DNA of 41,982 nucleotides from a virus, in IMG/VR virus record IMGVR_UViG_3300048586_000061; one strand, written 5' to 3'. Numbering within the stretch: the stretch's first letter is position 1; the number at the start of each line of letters is the position of its first letter. The translations under genes and the position numbers were made by a program. Below are positions 16,029 through 25,506 of this stretch, piece by piece. The notes under the pieces were generated by a model that was given only the letters and a program-made list of their open reading frames with translations, had not been told where the DNA came from and searched no databases.

Positions 16029-18173
16029 GTGGTTCGCACATTGGTCCAGCTCAGCGGGGAGCCCGGCCCCCCGGGCGATGACGGTGCCCCGGGCCCCCCG
16101 GGCGATGACGGTGCCCCGGGCGACAAGGGCGACAAGGGCGACAAGGGCGATCCCGGTGACCCAGGCCCGCCAGGCGACGACGGCCCCCCGGGAACCAGCC
16201 TGACCTACACGCCCGGGGCCGCATACGCCAAGGGCTCCATCGTCGCCTACGACGGGCGCATGTGGGCGGCGTCGGAGGACGTTCCCGCAGCCCGCACAGC
16301 AGTGGAGTTCATCGCCACGGTTGATGCGGATTACGCACAGTTCGCGGGCACGGTCACCTGTCCGGCAGCGATCACGTCGTCGGCGATCAGTGGCGACACG
16401 ATCATCCTTGTCAGCGACATCTTCGAGTGTGCGTCGTGGGGTTCCCTCGTCGTGTCGAACATGACGCTGGCGGTTGAGGATCACGTCACCGTGTCCGGCG
16501 AGGAGCTGGGTGCCCGCATCCACTACGCCACGGCGGGCGGCGCCACCCCCTCGTTCAACTTGGGGGACGCTCGTGGTCGCATGACGTGGATCCTGGCACG
16601 CGGTGTCGACCTGTCCGGTTCGCTGCTGACTGGCTCCGTAACCAGGTCGGGGGCCACCAACTACGCTAACGCCTACGTCCCGTATTCGGGTTCGGCGCCT
16701 CCGGCAAACTCGGTGGCGTTGCATACCGTTGCCATCGGCGCCGCTGCTGCGGTTCGTCTCGCCCCGGCTATCACAGACGGCGCGTCGTCGGTGACCCTCG
16801 GTGCCAACGGCCCGCTCGCTGGGACGACTTGGCACGGTGGCGTAACGACCCGACCCGGCCCCGAGCTGGTCGAGGACTACAACACGCAGTGGTACTGGTT
16901 CAGCTTCGGCAGTTCCACGACCTCGCAGCATCAGGCCGGCGTCCTGTGGGTGCTGGTCGCAGAGGCGGATGCGTGCCAGTCGTTCGACCACTCGAAGTGG
17001 GCGAGCCTTGCCCCCGTCGGCTCGGGTGCCGTGACGCGACTGAACGACTTGGGGATCAACCCGCGCTGGTTGCAGATCCCCGAGCCGGATAAGAACTACG
17101 TGCTCGACTTCGACTATGACCTGATCGGTTCGCTCGCCGACCCTATCGCGGTCTATCTTCCGAAGCCCGCATCGCCGGACGCCGGGCACTGGCTCGATGT
17201 CACCTACCGGGCGCCGTATGACGAGGTCACCAACAACGGCGCTCGCCTCATGTATCACTATTGGCGCGCTCCCGCCTACATCGACTTCGACCTTGGCGGG
17301 AACGTCGCCTACGGGAACCTGTGGCACCCCGGCCTCGTAGTTGAGATGGCCCCGACGCGCGGCAGCGTCGCGCACATCCGCTACTCGTGGGATCCGGTGG
17401 GGCACTACTGGTACTTCGACTCGTGGGGCGGCGACGTCGCGGTGCGCGACTACGGCAACCTGCGGACGACGAACGAGGCGCGGGCGTGGTCGCTGCGGGT
17501 GAACTTCTCCCCAGAGTTGCAGGAGCTGCCGGACTTCGCGGACACGAAGGCCGACTTGATGACCAACATTTCGGGGATCCCGCCGTCGACGCGGCGCCTG
17601 CTGGCGAAGCGGAACGTGCAGGTCGATGCGATCAGCACGCAGACGGGGTACGAGTCGTCTTCGTGGCGATACCAGAAGGATTCCGACACGTCGTGGTCGG
17701 GCGTCAACGGCTACTTCACGTCTGGTTGGAATAGTGCTACCGCGCGCTGTGCGTCGCCGGGTATCGGGGTGGCGCAGTATCCGATCATTCACGAGATCGG
17801 GCACGCCTGGGATTACAACTTCTTCCCAGCGAAGGGCTACACCAACGGCCTGATCCCGACGTTCGGTGGCGGCGTGCAGAACACGATCCACAACGAGATC
17901 GCATTGCAGGCGTTGCATACGGCGGCGCTGCCGTCGATCACTAACGTCAAGTGGGAAGCCGTTCAGGAGTGGATCGCTCAGATGATCATGCTCCGGTGGA
18001 TGGAGTTCGTTCCCGGCTACACCGCGACGAGTGACAGCGCGTGGACGACAGAGCGCAACCAGTGCGGCGGTAACCGCGCACACGGCGCGGGCACGATCTA
18101 CACCGAGTTCGTCCTCTACATGGAGGGCATCGGGGCGTTCCCGACGTCGGCTTACTGGAACTCGACGGTGTAA
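16029..18173 (+). CDS. Collagen-like (G-X-Y)15 fibre protein with C-terminal HExxH domain
   Basis: GTG at 16029, 8 nt after GGAGG. G-X-Y triplets about 16056..16190. HEIGH at 17790..17804. The track ORF extends upstream into the previous gene. Confidence 0.7.
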   Translation: MVRTLVQLSGEPGPPGDDGAPGPPGDDGAPGDKGDKGDKGDPGDPGPPGDDGPPGTSLTYTPGAAYAKGSIVAYDGRMWAASEDVPAARTAVEFIATVDADYAQFAGTVTCPAAITSSAISGDTIILVSDIFECASWGSLVVSNMTLAVEDHVTVSGEELGARIHYATAGGATPSFNLGDARGRMTWILARGVDLSGSLLTGSVTRSGATNYANAYVPYSGSAPPANSVALHTVAIGAAAAVRLAPAITDGASSVTLGANGPLAGTTWHGGVTTRPGPELVEDYNTQWYWFSFGSSTTSQHQAGVLWVLVAEADACQSFDHSKWASLAPVGSGAVTRLNDLGINPRWLQIPEPDKNYVLDFDYDLIGSLADPIAVYLPKPASPDAGHWLDVTYRAPYDEVTNNGARLMYHYWRAPAYIDFDLGGNVAYGNLWHPGLVVEMAPTRGSVAHIRYSWDPVGHYWYFDSWGGDVAVRDYGNLRTTNEARAWSLRVNFSPELQELPDFADTKADLMTNISGIPPSTRRLLAKRNVQVDAISTQTGYESSSWRYQKDSDTSWSGVNGYFTSGWNSATARCASPGIGVAQYPIIHEIGHAWDYNFFPAKGYTNGLIPTFGGGVQNTIHNEIALQALHTAALPSITNVKWEAVQEWIAQMIMLRWMEFVPGYTATSDSAWTTERNQCGGNRAHGAGTIYTEFVLYMEGIGAFPTSAYWNSTV

Positions 18174-18183
18174 CGGGGGCGAC

Positions 18184-18708
18184 GTGGCGACGTGGTCTTC
18201 TCGGTCGTCGTGGGGTGCTTGGTCGACGTGGGGCGGCGAGGTCGGGACACTGTGGTCCGACCTTGATGTCTGGGGAAACCTGGGCACGTGGTTCGACCCC
18301 GATGGGTTCCCGCAGCTGCCGAACCCAGTGGTCATCTCTGCGTATGCGGCGGGTCACGGTGACCTGACGCCGCTGGTGTACGCGACGGCGACGGTGCGGC
18401 CTCTGGCTCGTGTGTCGGCGTCGATGCTGGCTGTCGGGTCGGATGGTGCGTCGCTGGGTCCGGCGTCGGTTGCGGCGTCGGGGATCACGGTTGCGGCTCC
18501 GACGTTGGCGCCGGGTTCGCGCATCGTGGACATCACGCGCGTGGTGGACACGGTCGCCGGGTTGGACATCACGATCCAGCCGGCGACTGAGGTGCCAGCC
18601 GACGGGATCCCGGTGTTCTACGGCCCGGATACGCCGGACCACGACGGCCCGTTCTTGTGGATTGCCGACCTTGACCCGCTGACGATCTACTACGAGGACG
18701 GCACATGA
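18184..18708 (+). CDS. Trp-rich hypothetical structural protein
   Basis: GTG at 18184 after ACGGGGG. N-terminus ATWSSRSSWGAWSTWGGEVGTLWSDLDVWGNLGTW. Confidence 0.55.
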   Translation: MATWSSRSSWGAWSTWGGEVGTLWSDLDVWGNLGTWFDPDGFPQLPNPVVISAYAAGHGDLTPLVYATATVRPLARVSASMLAVGSDGASLGPASVAASGITVAAPTLAPGSRIVDITRVVDTVAGLDITIQPATEVPADGIPVFYGPDTPDHDGPFLWIADLDPLTIYYEDGT

Positions 18709-19496
18709 GTTACGACCTGGGTGACGTTGCCCGCCTCGCGGTTCAGATCACGGACAGCACGGGCACGCTGGCTAACGCGACGTCGGTAACGCTGACGGTG
18801 ACGCTGCCGGACGGCACGTCGTCGGGCACCTTGACGCCGACGAACACGGCGACGGGCGTGTACCAGTACGACTACACGCCGACCGTTGTGGGCCGCCACT
18901 CGGTGCGCTGGGTTGCGACGGGCACCAACGCGGGCGCGTTCACGGACGTGTTCGACGTGGCGGATCCGGCGTTGCTGCCGGTGGTGTCGTTGGCGGAACT
19001 GCGGACGGCGCTGAAGCTGTCGGCGACGACGTCGGACGAACTGCTGCGGGAGATCCTGGACGAGGCGACGGACCTGGCTGAGCGCCGGGTTGGTCGGGCT
19101 CTGCGCCGCAAGACGGTGGTGGAGTCCCACGCGGGCGGCTCGTCGGGGATTCTGCTGCGGCAGCCCCCGGCGCTGTCGATCACGTCGGTGGTGGAGAACG
19201 GCACGGCGCTGGACTCGTCCGCGTACTTCGTGCGGGAGTCGTCGGGTGTCCTGTACCGGGGCACGGCGACGGCGCCGTACTGCTGGCCCCGCGGCACGGT
19301 CGTGGTGACCTACGTCGCGGGCTACGCGGACCCGCCGTCTGCTGCCAAGCGCGGCGTGAAGGCCATCGCTAAGTGGCTGTACCAGTCCGAGCAGAACATG
19401 GGCGGCCGGTTCGGTGTCGACGAGTCGCAGTACGCGGGCGACGCGCTCCCGGACTGGGTGTACCGCCCGATTGACTCGATGCGGTTGCCGCTGTGA
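18705..19496 (+). CDS. Head-tail connector (gp6-like adaptor) with N-terminal Ig-like domain
   Basis: N-terminus VTLTVTLPDGT...YQYDYTP (Ig-like). C-terminus SLAELRTALKLS...LLREILDEATDLAERRVGRAL...VTYVAGY (adaptor pattern). Confidence 0.7.
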   Translation: MSYDLGDVARLAVQITDSTGTLANATSVTLTVTLPDGTSSGTLTPTNTATGVYQYDYTPTVVGRHSVRWVATGTNAGAFTDVFDVADPALLPVVSLAELRTALKLSATTSDELLREILDEATDLAERRVGRALRRKTVVESHAGGSSGILLRQPPALSITSVVENGTALDSSAYFVRESSGVLYRGTATAPYCWPRGTVVVTYVAGYADPPSAAKRGVKAIAKWLYQSEQNMGGRFGVDESQYAGDALPDWVYRPIDSMRLPL

Positions 19497-19912
19497 GCGC
19501 GGTCCCTGCGTTCACTGATGCTCTGGTGGCGCAGCTGACGACGCTGTTCCCGAATGCGCTGGTGGTCGACGGGGATCCTGACAACCTCGTCGACGACATC
19601 GTGTCGGTGGGTGATTCGACCTCGAGCGAGGAACCGGACGCGTTGGCGCCTGGTGGTCGCTGGGAGGTCATCGACATCACGGTGACCATCGCCAGCGCTC
19701 GTGGTGGGAACTCCGCGAAGCCGCCCCGTGATGCCGCGTTCGGGATGCTCGATGACCTGCGGACGTACCTGCGGACCACTGACCGGACGGTCGGCGGTTC
19801 GGTGTTGGGTAACGGCGGGATCGTGTCGCATCGGCATGAGCAGGGACTTGGGAAGATGGGTCGATGGTCTGTGATCGAGGCGACGGTGCGGGCTTACGCC
19901 GAGGTGTCGTGA
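19493..19912 (+). CDS. Head-tail joining / neck protein (type uncertain)
   Basis: Position and size. GTGA overlap. Confidence 0.5.
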   Translation: MSAVPAFTDALVAQLTTLFPNALVVDGDPDNLVDDIVSVGDSTSSEEPDALAPGGRWEVIDITVTIASARGGNSAKPPRDAAFGMLDDLRTYLRTTDRTVGGSVLGNGGIVSHRHEQGLGKMGRWSVIEATVRAYAEVS

Positions 19913-20433
19913 TGGCTGACGGTCTGACCGGCCCCGACCTGGGGAAGCTCCTGCGGGAACTCAAAGAGGTCGACGCGAAGGCGACGACGCTCCTGCGGCG
20001 GAACATCCGCAACGCGGCGAAGGTCGCGGCGGAGGACGTGAAGAAGAAGGTTCAGGAGCCGCCGCCGAACGACGCCCCCGGTACTGCTGGGAGCCGCGGC
20101 AACATCGCCAGCGGCATCAGTGTCCGCATCAACACGGGCGCCAGGTCGAAGACCCAGGGTGCGTCCATCGTGGGCTCGTCGAAGAACTTGCCCGCCGAGC
20201 GCAAGGCGATGCTGCGGCTCTACAACAAGGAGTCGTGGCGGCACCCGGTGTTCGGCCACACGAAGCGCGCCAAGGGAATCCGCGGCTTCTTCGGTGGCCG
20301 CGACAAGGTGTGGGTGACGCAGCAGGGTAACCCGTTCTTTGGGGCTGTCCTCGAGAAGCACACCGATGACGTGCAGCGCGCGATCAAGGCCGCCGTCGAC
20401 GAAGCCAACGCCGCGCTCCTGCGCGCCAAGTAA
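19912..20433 (+). CDS. HK97 gp10-like head-tail joining protein (putative)
   Basis: ATG at 19912 (TGATG). Weak resemblance to the gp10 family, plus position. Confidence 0.5.
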   Translation: MADGLTGPDLGKLLRELKEVDAKATTLLRRNIRNAAKVAAEDVKKKVQEPPPNDAPGTAGSRGNIASGISVRINTGARSKTQGASIVGSSKNLPAERKAMLRLYNKESWRHPVFGHTKRAKGIRGFFGGRDKVWVTQQGNPFFGAVLEKHTDDVQRAIKAAVDEANAALLRAK

Positions 20434-20498
20434 CCACCCCCGAACCACCCGACGCCGACTGGCGGGCGGGCGATTCCACATGCCCCGGAGGCACCCGC

Positions 20499-20828
20499 AT
20501 GGCCCTTCTCACCCTCCGCCCGATGTCCACCGCGGGCTCGGCGATCACCTACTCGAGCGCGTCGGCCTCCGACACGTTCCCGCTCGACGCGTCCGGCAAG
20601 ACGTTCGTTCACATCAAGAACGCCGGCGCATCGTCGGACACCGTCACCATTACCACCGCGGGCACTGTCGGCCCCGGCCTCGCCATCGCTGACCTGTCGT
20701 TCGCGGTCGCCAACGGTGCAGAGAAGTTCGTCGGCCCCCTCGACCCCGCCCTGTACGCGGTCGATGGCATCGCCACGATCACCCACTCGTACACGACCTC
20801 CGTGACCGTCGCGGTCATCACCTGCTGA
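20499..20828 (+). CDS. Hypothetical structural protein
   Basis: ATG after GGAGG. Beta-rich 109-aa protein upstream of the major tail protein. Confidence 0.6.
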   Translation: MALLTLRPMSTAGSAITYSSASASDTFPLDASGKTFVHIKNAGASSDTVTITTAGTVGPGLAIADLSFAVANGAEKFVGPLDPALYAVDGIATITHSYTTSVTVAVITC

Positions 20829-21070
20829 TGGCCCTCGACCTCGTCATCGAGAACGCGCAGCTTGACGGTGCGCGTGCCCTCATCGACCCCGAAGCCCTCG
20901 CGCAGCACGAACTTCGCGGGTGGGTTGCCGTCGGGTTCTGTTCGGAGGAAGGCCGTCGCCCCCTCCTCACTGACGCCGAGCACGCCGCCGAGGTGGCTGC
21001 CCTGGCTGAGCGCATTGACGCGCTCCGCAAGTCCGACGCCGCGCCTGCGCCGTCGCGCCCCAGCAAGTAA
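20828..21070 (+). CDS. Hypothetical protein
   Basis: TGATG overlap. Track ORF. Confidence 0.55.
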   Translation: MALDLVIENAQLDGARALIDPEALAQHELRGWVAVGFCSEEGRRPLLTDAEHAAEVAALAERIDALRKSDAAPAPSRPSK

Positions 21071-21129
21071 TCCGCCCGGACGACCCGCCAAGGGGCGCGG
21101 CGTCCAACTCTCCCTAGGAGCAACGCAGC

Positions 21130-21600
21130 ATGTCCACCATCGCTGACGGCAACATCCGTATCGCGTGGGTCACCACGATCAGCAACACCTCCGCGCCCAC
21201 CACGACTGAGCTGAACGCGGGCGTCGACCTGACCCCGTACATCACGCCGGACGGCTGGTCGGTCACCACCGACACCGCCGCGGTGGACTCGACGGCGCTC
21301 AACTCCGTCGACGACCTTGAGCTGCCCGGCCGTCGGTCGGACCAGATCGAGATCACATTCAACTGGGAGAGCGACACGACGGCCCCCTACTCCACGATGG
21401 CTAGCCGCCCCGCCGGCTACTTGGTGGAGCGCGTCGGTGTCGCCCACGGCACCGCGTGGACCGCGTCGCAGAAGGTCCGCGTCTTCACGGTGAAGATGGG
21501 CGACCGCAACCGCCTCCCGGTCGCGGCCAACGAGCTGATCAAGTTCAGCGTCAAGGCGTTCAAGACCGCCGCGACCGTTGACCCCGCCACCGTCGCCTGA
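21130..21600 (+). CDS. Major tail (tube) protein
   Basis: 156 aa after AGGAG, directly upstream of the chaperone pair and tape measure, followed by a strong terminator hairpin. Sequence resembles actinophage tail tube proteins. Confidence 0.7.
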   Translation: MSTIADGNIRIAWVTTISNTSAPTTTELNAGVDLTPYITPDGWSVTTDTAAVDSTALNSVDDLELPGRRSDQIEITFNWESDTTAPYSTMASRPAGYLVERVGVAHGTAWTASQKVRVFTVKMGDRNRLPVAANELIKFSVKAFKTAATVDPATVA

Positions 21601-21651
21601 CCCAACGCACCACCTGCACGACCTAGCCCCGACCACAGGCTGACTAGCGAT

Positions 21652-21690
21652 ACGAGGCCCCCGACTGGATCCGTCCGTCGGGGGCCTCGT
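21652..21690 (+). terminator. Strong hairpin (14-bp perfect stem) after the major tail gene
   Basis: ACGAGGCCCCCGAC (21652-21665) pairs with GTCGGGGGCCTCGT (21677-21690). Confidence 0.6.
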
Positions 21691-21705
21691 CGCGTAGGAG
21701 ATGAA

Positions 21706-21915
21706 ATGACCACTGTTCGTGAAGCGATGCTTGATGTTCTGCGCCGCGCGGGGGTTGACCCCACGGAATGCAAGCCCGACCTGCGTTGGGATGGCGACGT
21801 CATCTGGGTTCACCAGTTCGTCCGCGACGCCGACGGCCACCAGATCATCGGGGACGACAACGTCCTCGTTTCAGTTCCCCGCATGATCCTTCTTGAGCGG
21901 GAGCTGACGGCATGA
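21706..21915 (+). CDS. Hypothetical protein
   Basis: ATG after AGGAGATGAA. ATGA overlap with the next gene. Confidence 0.55.
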   Translation: MTTVREAMLDVLRRAGVDPTECKPDLRWDGDVIWVHQFVRDADGHQIIGDDNVLVSVPRMILLERELTA

Positions 21916-22421
21916 CCACGAAGACTGCACGCGAGATCCTGAACTCTGCGAAGCGCCGCGAGAAGACGGTGCGCCTCTGCCTCCGCGGTGACCTCGTCGC
22001 CGAGTTCGAGGCGCTAGAGGCTCGCCTTGCTGACCTGACGATCGGCGTCGGTTGGGGCAACGGCGACGACGCCACCGCCGAGGTTGCGGAACGTCTCACC
22101 GCGATCCGTGCCGAGATGCTTGAGGACACGGTGACTTTCACGTTCCGCGCCCTCAAGCGCATCGCGTGGGATGAACTGAACGCGAAGCACACCGGCGAGA
22201 ACAACCTCCTCAACGTGGACACGTTCATGCCGGAACTGGTGCAGGCGTGCCTCGTCGACCCCGCCATGACGGCCGACGACCTGGATGAGCTGTACGACGT
22301 CATCAACGACGGGCAGCGCATTGAACTCGGCAACGCTGCCTGGTCGGTCAACACGGAGGCGACGGAAGTCCCTTTCTCCGAGCGCGCCTCCGTAGTGATG
22401 CGGGCGCGCGCGCCGAAGTAG
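21912..22421 (+). CDS. Tail assembly chaperone (G-like)
   Basis: Position directly upstream of the tape measure. Acidic 169-aa protein. Confidence 0.75.
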   Translation: MTTKTAREILNSAKRREKTVRLCLRGDLVAEFEALEARLADLTIGVGWGNGDDATAEVAERLTAIRAEMLEDTVTFTFRALKRIAWDELNAKHTGENNLLNVDTFMPELVQACLVDPAMTADDLDELYDVINDGQRIELGNAAWSVNTEATEVPFSERASVVMRARAPK

Positions 22422-22729
22422 AGACGGCCCGCGCCTGGGGTGTCCCGCGGTCGGTGTTCCTCGGTCGTGTCGTGGAGCCGGGTGAGGCGCTGTGGACCGA
22501 CGAGGACCGCGACTACGCCCTGGCGCTGCACTTCCTCGAGGCGGAGACGTGCTCGGGGTGCGGTCAGCCGCGCAGTGAGTCGACGGCGATCGAGAACGAC
22601 GGCGCATACAGGGTTGAGCCGGTCCGCTGCCATGCGTGTGCGGCGATGGCCCGGCAGTCCACGAAGTTCCTAGACGGCGCGTCCGCGAACGCTGCGGCCG
22701 GGCTGACGTTCTACGTTCATAAGAGATGA
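21912..22729 (+). CDS. Tail assembly chaperone, -1 frameshift product (GT-like), joined at 22376
   Basis: Slippery heptamer C_CCT_TTC at 22370..22376 in the zero frame. The -1 frame is open from there to TGA at 22727-22729 and reads ...ETARAWGVPRSVFLGR...C..C...C..C. Confidence 0.65.
22370..22376 (+). promoter_or_regulatory. Programmed -1 ribosomal frameshift slippery site (CCCTTTC)
   Basis: X_XXY_YYZ pattern in the G frame, 45 nt before the G stop codon. Confidence 0.6.
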
Positions 22730-22736
22730 GGCGACT

Positions 22737-25493
22737 GTGGCCGGCGGCACCTCGACCCTGACGTGGAACCTGGTAGCGAACTCCGCGGGTTACGTCGCGG
22801 GCATGAACAAGGCGCACGCGTCGACGACGAAGTTCAAGACGGAACTTGAGAAGGCTGAGCGGTCGCAGCGCAACCTCACGCGCACCATCGTCTCGACGGC
22901 CGCTGCGGCTGCGGTGGTCCGGTTCGGTGTGCAGTCGGTCAAGGCGTATGCCGAGGCCGAGAAGGCTCAGATGAAGTTGCAGGAGGCGTTTCGGAAGTTC
23001 CCGCGCCTCGCTGACACGAACATCACGGCGCTGCGTGCGCTGAACTCTGAGCTTCAGCGCAAGACCCGCTTCGATGATGACGCGACCGCTGCGGCGCAGG
23101 CGACGCTTGCTCAGTACGACCTCACGGGGCAGCAGATCGCGGAACTGACGCCGCTCATGCAGGACTTCGCCGCCGTGACCGGGGGTGAGGTCACCGATGC
23201 CGCTGGTGCGCTCGGCAAGGCGTTCCTTGGTAACACTCGCGCGCTCAAGGCGATCGGTGTGGACTTCACGGCGACGGGTGACCGCGCCAAGGACTTCGAC
23301 ACCATCATGGGTGCGCTGCGGACGAAGGTCGGCGGGTTCGCTGAGGCTGAGGGCAAGACCGCCTCGGGCCAGTTGGCGATCATGAACAACGCGGTCGGCG
23401 ACTTGCAGGAGTCCGTCGGCGAGGCGCTGGTGCCCGCGCTCACGCAGCTTGTCGGCGCCGTGACGCCGATCGTGCAGTCGTTCACGTCCCTCCCTGCGGA
23501 CGTTCGCACGGGTGCCCTCGCTGTCACAGCCCTCGGCGGTGCGGCCCTCATTGCCGTCCCGAAGATCGTGGCGATGAACACGGCGCTGAAGGCGACCGAG
23601 ACGAACCTCATGGGTGCGCTCGGCAAGGCCGGTGCCGCTGGTGCCGCCATTGCTGTCGTGTACGAACTGGGCAACGCTTCGGCGTGGCTGTCGGACAAGA
23701 TGGGCCAGGGCGAGCAGTCCGCCGACGCATGGGGTGCGTCGCTCAAGGACGGCTTCGACCCGGAGGAGTTGCAGCGCATCTCTGGCGCCATGCAGGGTTT
23801 CGCCGGCACGTCCGCGAACCTGTCTGGTGCGATTGCCGCGTTTGGTCGCGGCGACGTCGCGGGTGGCCTCGGTGCCATCAAGAACGGCGGCGAGGAGGTC
23901 GAGAACTTCGACAAGGCGCTGTCGGCTCTGGCGGCGTCGGGTCAGGCGGAGTACGTCAACCGCGTCATCCAGACGCTCGGCCTGTCCGCTGAGGACGCCG
24001 CCGACAAGTTGCCGCAGACGACGGCTGCGCTTCAGGGCTTCGGCCAGGAGTCGCAGTGGGCGGCGGCGCAGACGGCGAAGGTCGCGGCTGAGGCCGCGGA
24101 GGCGACGGAAGAGGTCAAGTCTTTCGCGCAGGCGTTGAAGGAACTAAACGCCCCGGCCGCGGACGTCACCCGGTCGCAGATCGCGCTCATTGAGTCGACG
24201 AAGGCGCTGCGCGACGGCCTGCGCGAGTCCGCCGGTTCGTTCAGCCTGTCCACAAAGGCGGGCATCGAGAACCGACAGAACCTCATCGCCGCAACGGAAG
24301 CCATTATGGCAAACGGTGCCGCGATTCAGGAGAAGACGAAGGACCAGAACAAGGCGCGCGATGCGGTGCTCGAGGAGCGTAAGGCGCTCATCAAGAACAT
24401 TGCGGCGCTGACGGGTTCCCGCGAGGAAGCCCGCAAGCTCGTGGACAAGTACCTCAAGATCCCAGCCGCCGCCAAGGAGGCGCAGGCCGCGGTCGAGGAC
24501 CTGACGGGCGCACTGCTGTCGGTGCCAGCGTCGGTGACGGTGCGGGTCGCGGCGCAGTCGAAGGCGAGCAAGATCCCGGGCCGTGCGTCTGGCGGCTACA
24601 TCTCCGGGCCGGGCACGGGCACGTCCGACTCCATTCCGGCGCGTCTGTCGAATGGCGAGTACGTGGTGCGCGCGTCGGCGGTGTCCCGCTACGGCACGGG
24701 GATGCTGCACGCCATCAACACAGAGCGGTTTGCCAAGGGCGGGCCGGTCCGCAAGAAGGGTGCCGCGCGCAAGGACCGTGACTGGTCGGTGCGTGACGCC
24801 CTCCGCGGGGATGCTGCCGTGGACTTCGACTTCACCGCTTACGGCAGTGCGGTTGAGCGTGCAGCCGCAGCGACCCGTGACCTTGCCGACGCTGACCGTA
24901 GCGTCGCTGAGGCGCGACGTCGGGCGAACGCTGCCGGTACGCCGGCTGAGCGCGCACAGGCTGAGGCGGACCTTGCCGACGCCTACGCGGCACAGGCAGC
25001 GGCGGGCAAGGAAGTTGCCGCAGCTGAGCGGGCTAAGACTGCCGCGAAGCCGACAGCGAAGAACATCCTGGCGTCGTTCAAGGCGCGTGCGGCGAAGCTC
25101 GACAAGTTCCGCCGCGACTTGAAGACGCTGAAGTCGTGGGGTCTGTCGTCGGTGATTCTGCGGCAGATCCTCGAGTCGGGCATTGACGACGGCGGCGACA
25201 TGGCTGCGGCTCTGGTGAAGGACCGCAGTGTCATCGCTGAGTTGAACTCGACTCAGGCCGCGATCAACAAGGACGCGCGTGCGCTGAACGGTCCGGGTCC
25301 GAAGACGTCGGGTGCGGCTGGTGGAGGCGGGTCTACGGGCTCGACTGGCACCACTGGTAGCGGCGGCACGGTGACGGTCGGGTTCTCGAACGCTGACCGG
25401 CCGATCGTGTTGAAGGTCGACGGCGAGCAGGTTTGGAAGTCCCTGCTTCATCTCAAGAAGGCCAAGGGCGGCGCATCGCTCGGCCTCGGCTGA
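22737..25493 (+). CDS. Tape measure protein (918 aa)
   Basis: Size, Ala-rich helical composition, and position after the chaperones. Confidence 0.85.
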   Translation: MAGGTSTLTWNLVANSAGYVAGMNKAHASTTKFKTELEKAERSQRNLTRTIVSTAAAAAVVRFGVQSVKAYAEAEKAQMKLQEAFRKFPRLADTNITALRALNSELQRKTRFDDDATAAAQATLAQYDLTGQQIAELTPLMQDFAAVTGGEVTDAAGALGKAFLGNTRALKAIGVDFTATGDRAKDFDTIMGALRTKVGGFAEAEGKTASGQLAIMNNAVGDLQESVGEALVPALTQLVGAVTPIVQSFTSLPADVRTGALAVTALGGAALIAVPKIVAMNTALKATETNLMGALGKAGAAGAAIAVVYELGNASAWLSDKMGQGEQSADAWGASLKDGFDPEELQRISGAMQGFAGTSANLSGAIAAFGRGDVAGGLGAIKNGGEEVENFDKALSALAASGQAEYVNRVIQTLGLSAEDAADKLPQTTAALQGFGQESQWAAAQTAKVAAEAAEATEEVKSFAQALKELNAPAADVTRSQIALIESTKALRDGLRESAGSFSLSTKAGIENRQNLIAATEAIMANGAAIQEKTKDQNKARDAVLEERKALIKNIAALTGSREEARKLVDKYLKIPAAAKEAQAAVEDLTGALLSVPASVTVRVAAQSKASKIPGRASGGYISGPGTGTSDSIPARLSNGEYVVRASAVSRYGTGMLHAINTERFAKGGPVRKKGAARKDRDWSVRDALRGDAAVDFDFTAYGSAVERAAAATRDLADADRSVAEARRRANAAGTPAERAQAEADLADAYAAQAAAGKEVAAAERAKTAAKPTAKNILASFKARAAKLDKFRRDLKTLKSWGLSSVILRQILESGIDDGGDMAAALVKDRSVIAELNSTQAAINKDARALNGPGPKTSGAAGGGGSTGSTGTTGSGGTVTVGFSNADRPIVLKVDGEQVWKSLLHLKKAKGGASLGLG

Positions 25494-25506
25494 CGGAAGG
25501 AACAAC

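Noticed and set aside
15987-18335. 782-codon minus-strand ORF antisense to the collagen-like fibre gene
   Set aside because: Same reasoning. The translation is Arg-rich and unstructured, it has no RBS or start context, and the + strand carries the G-X-Y and HExxH features.
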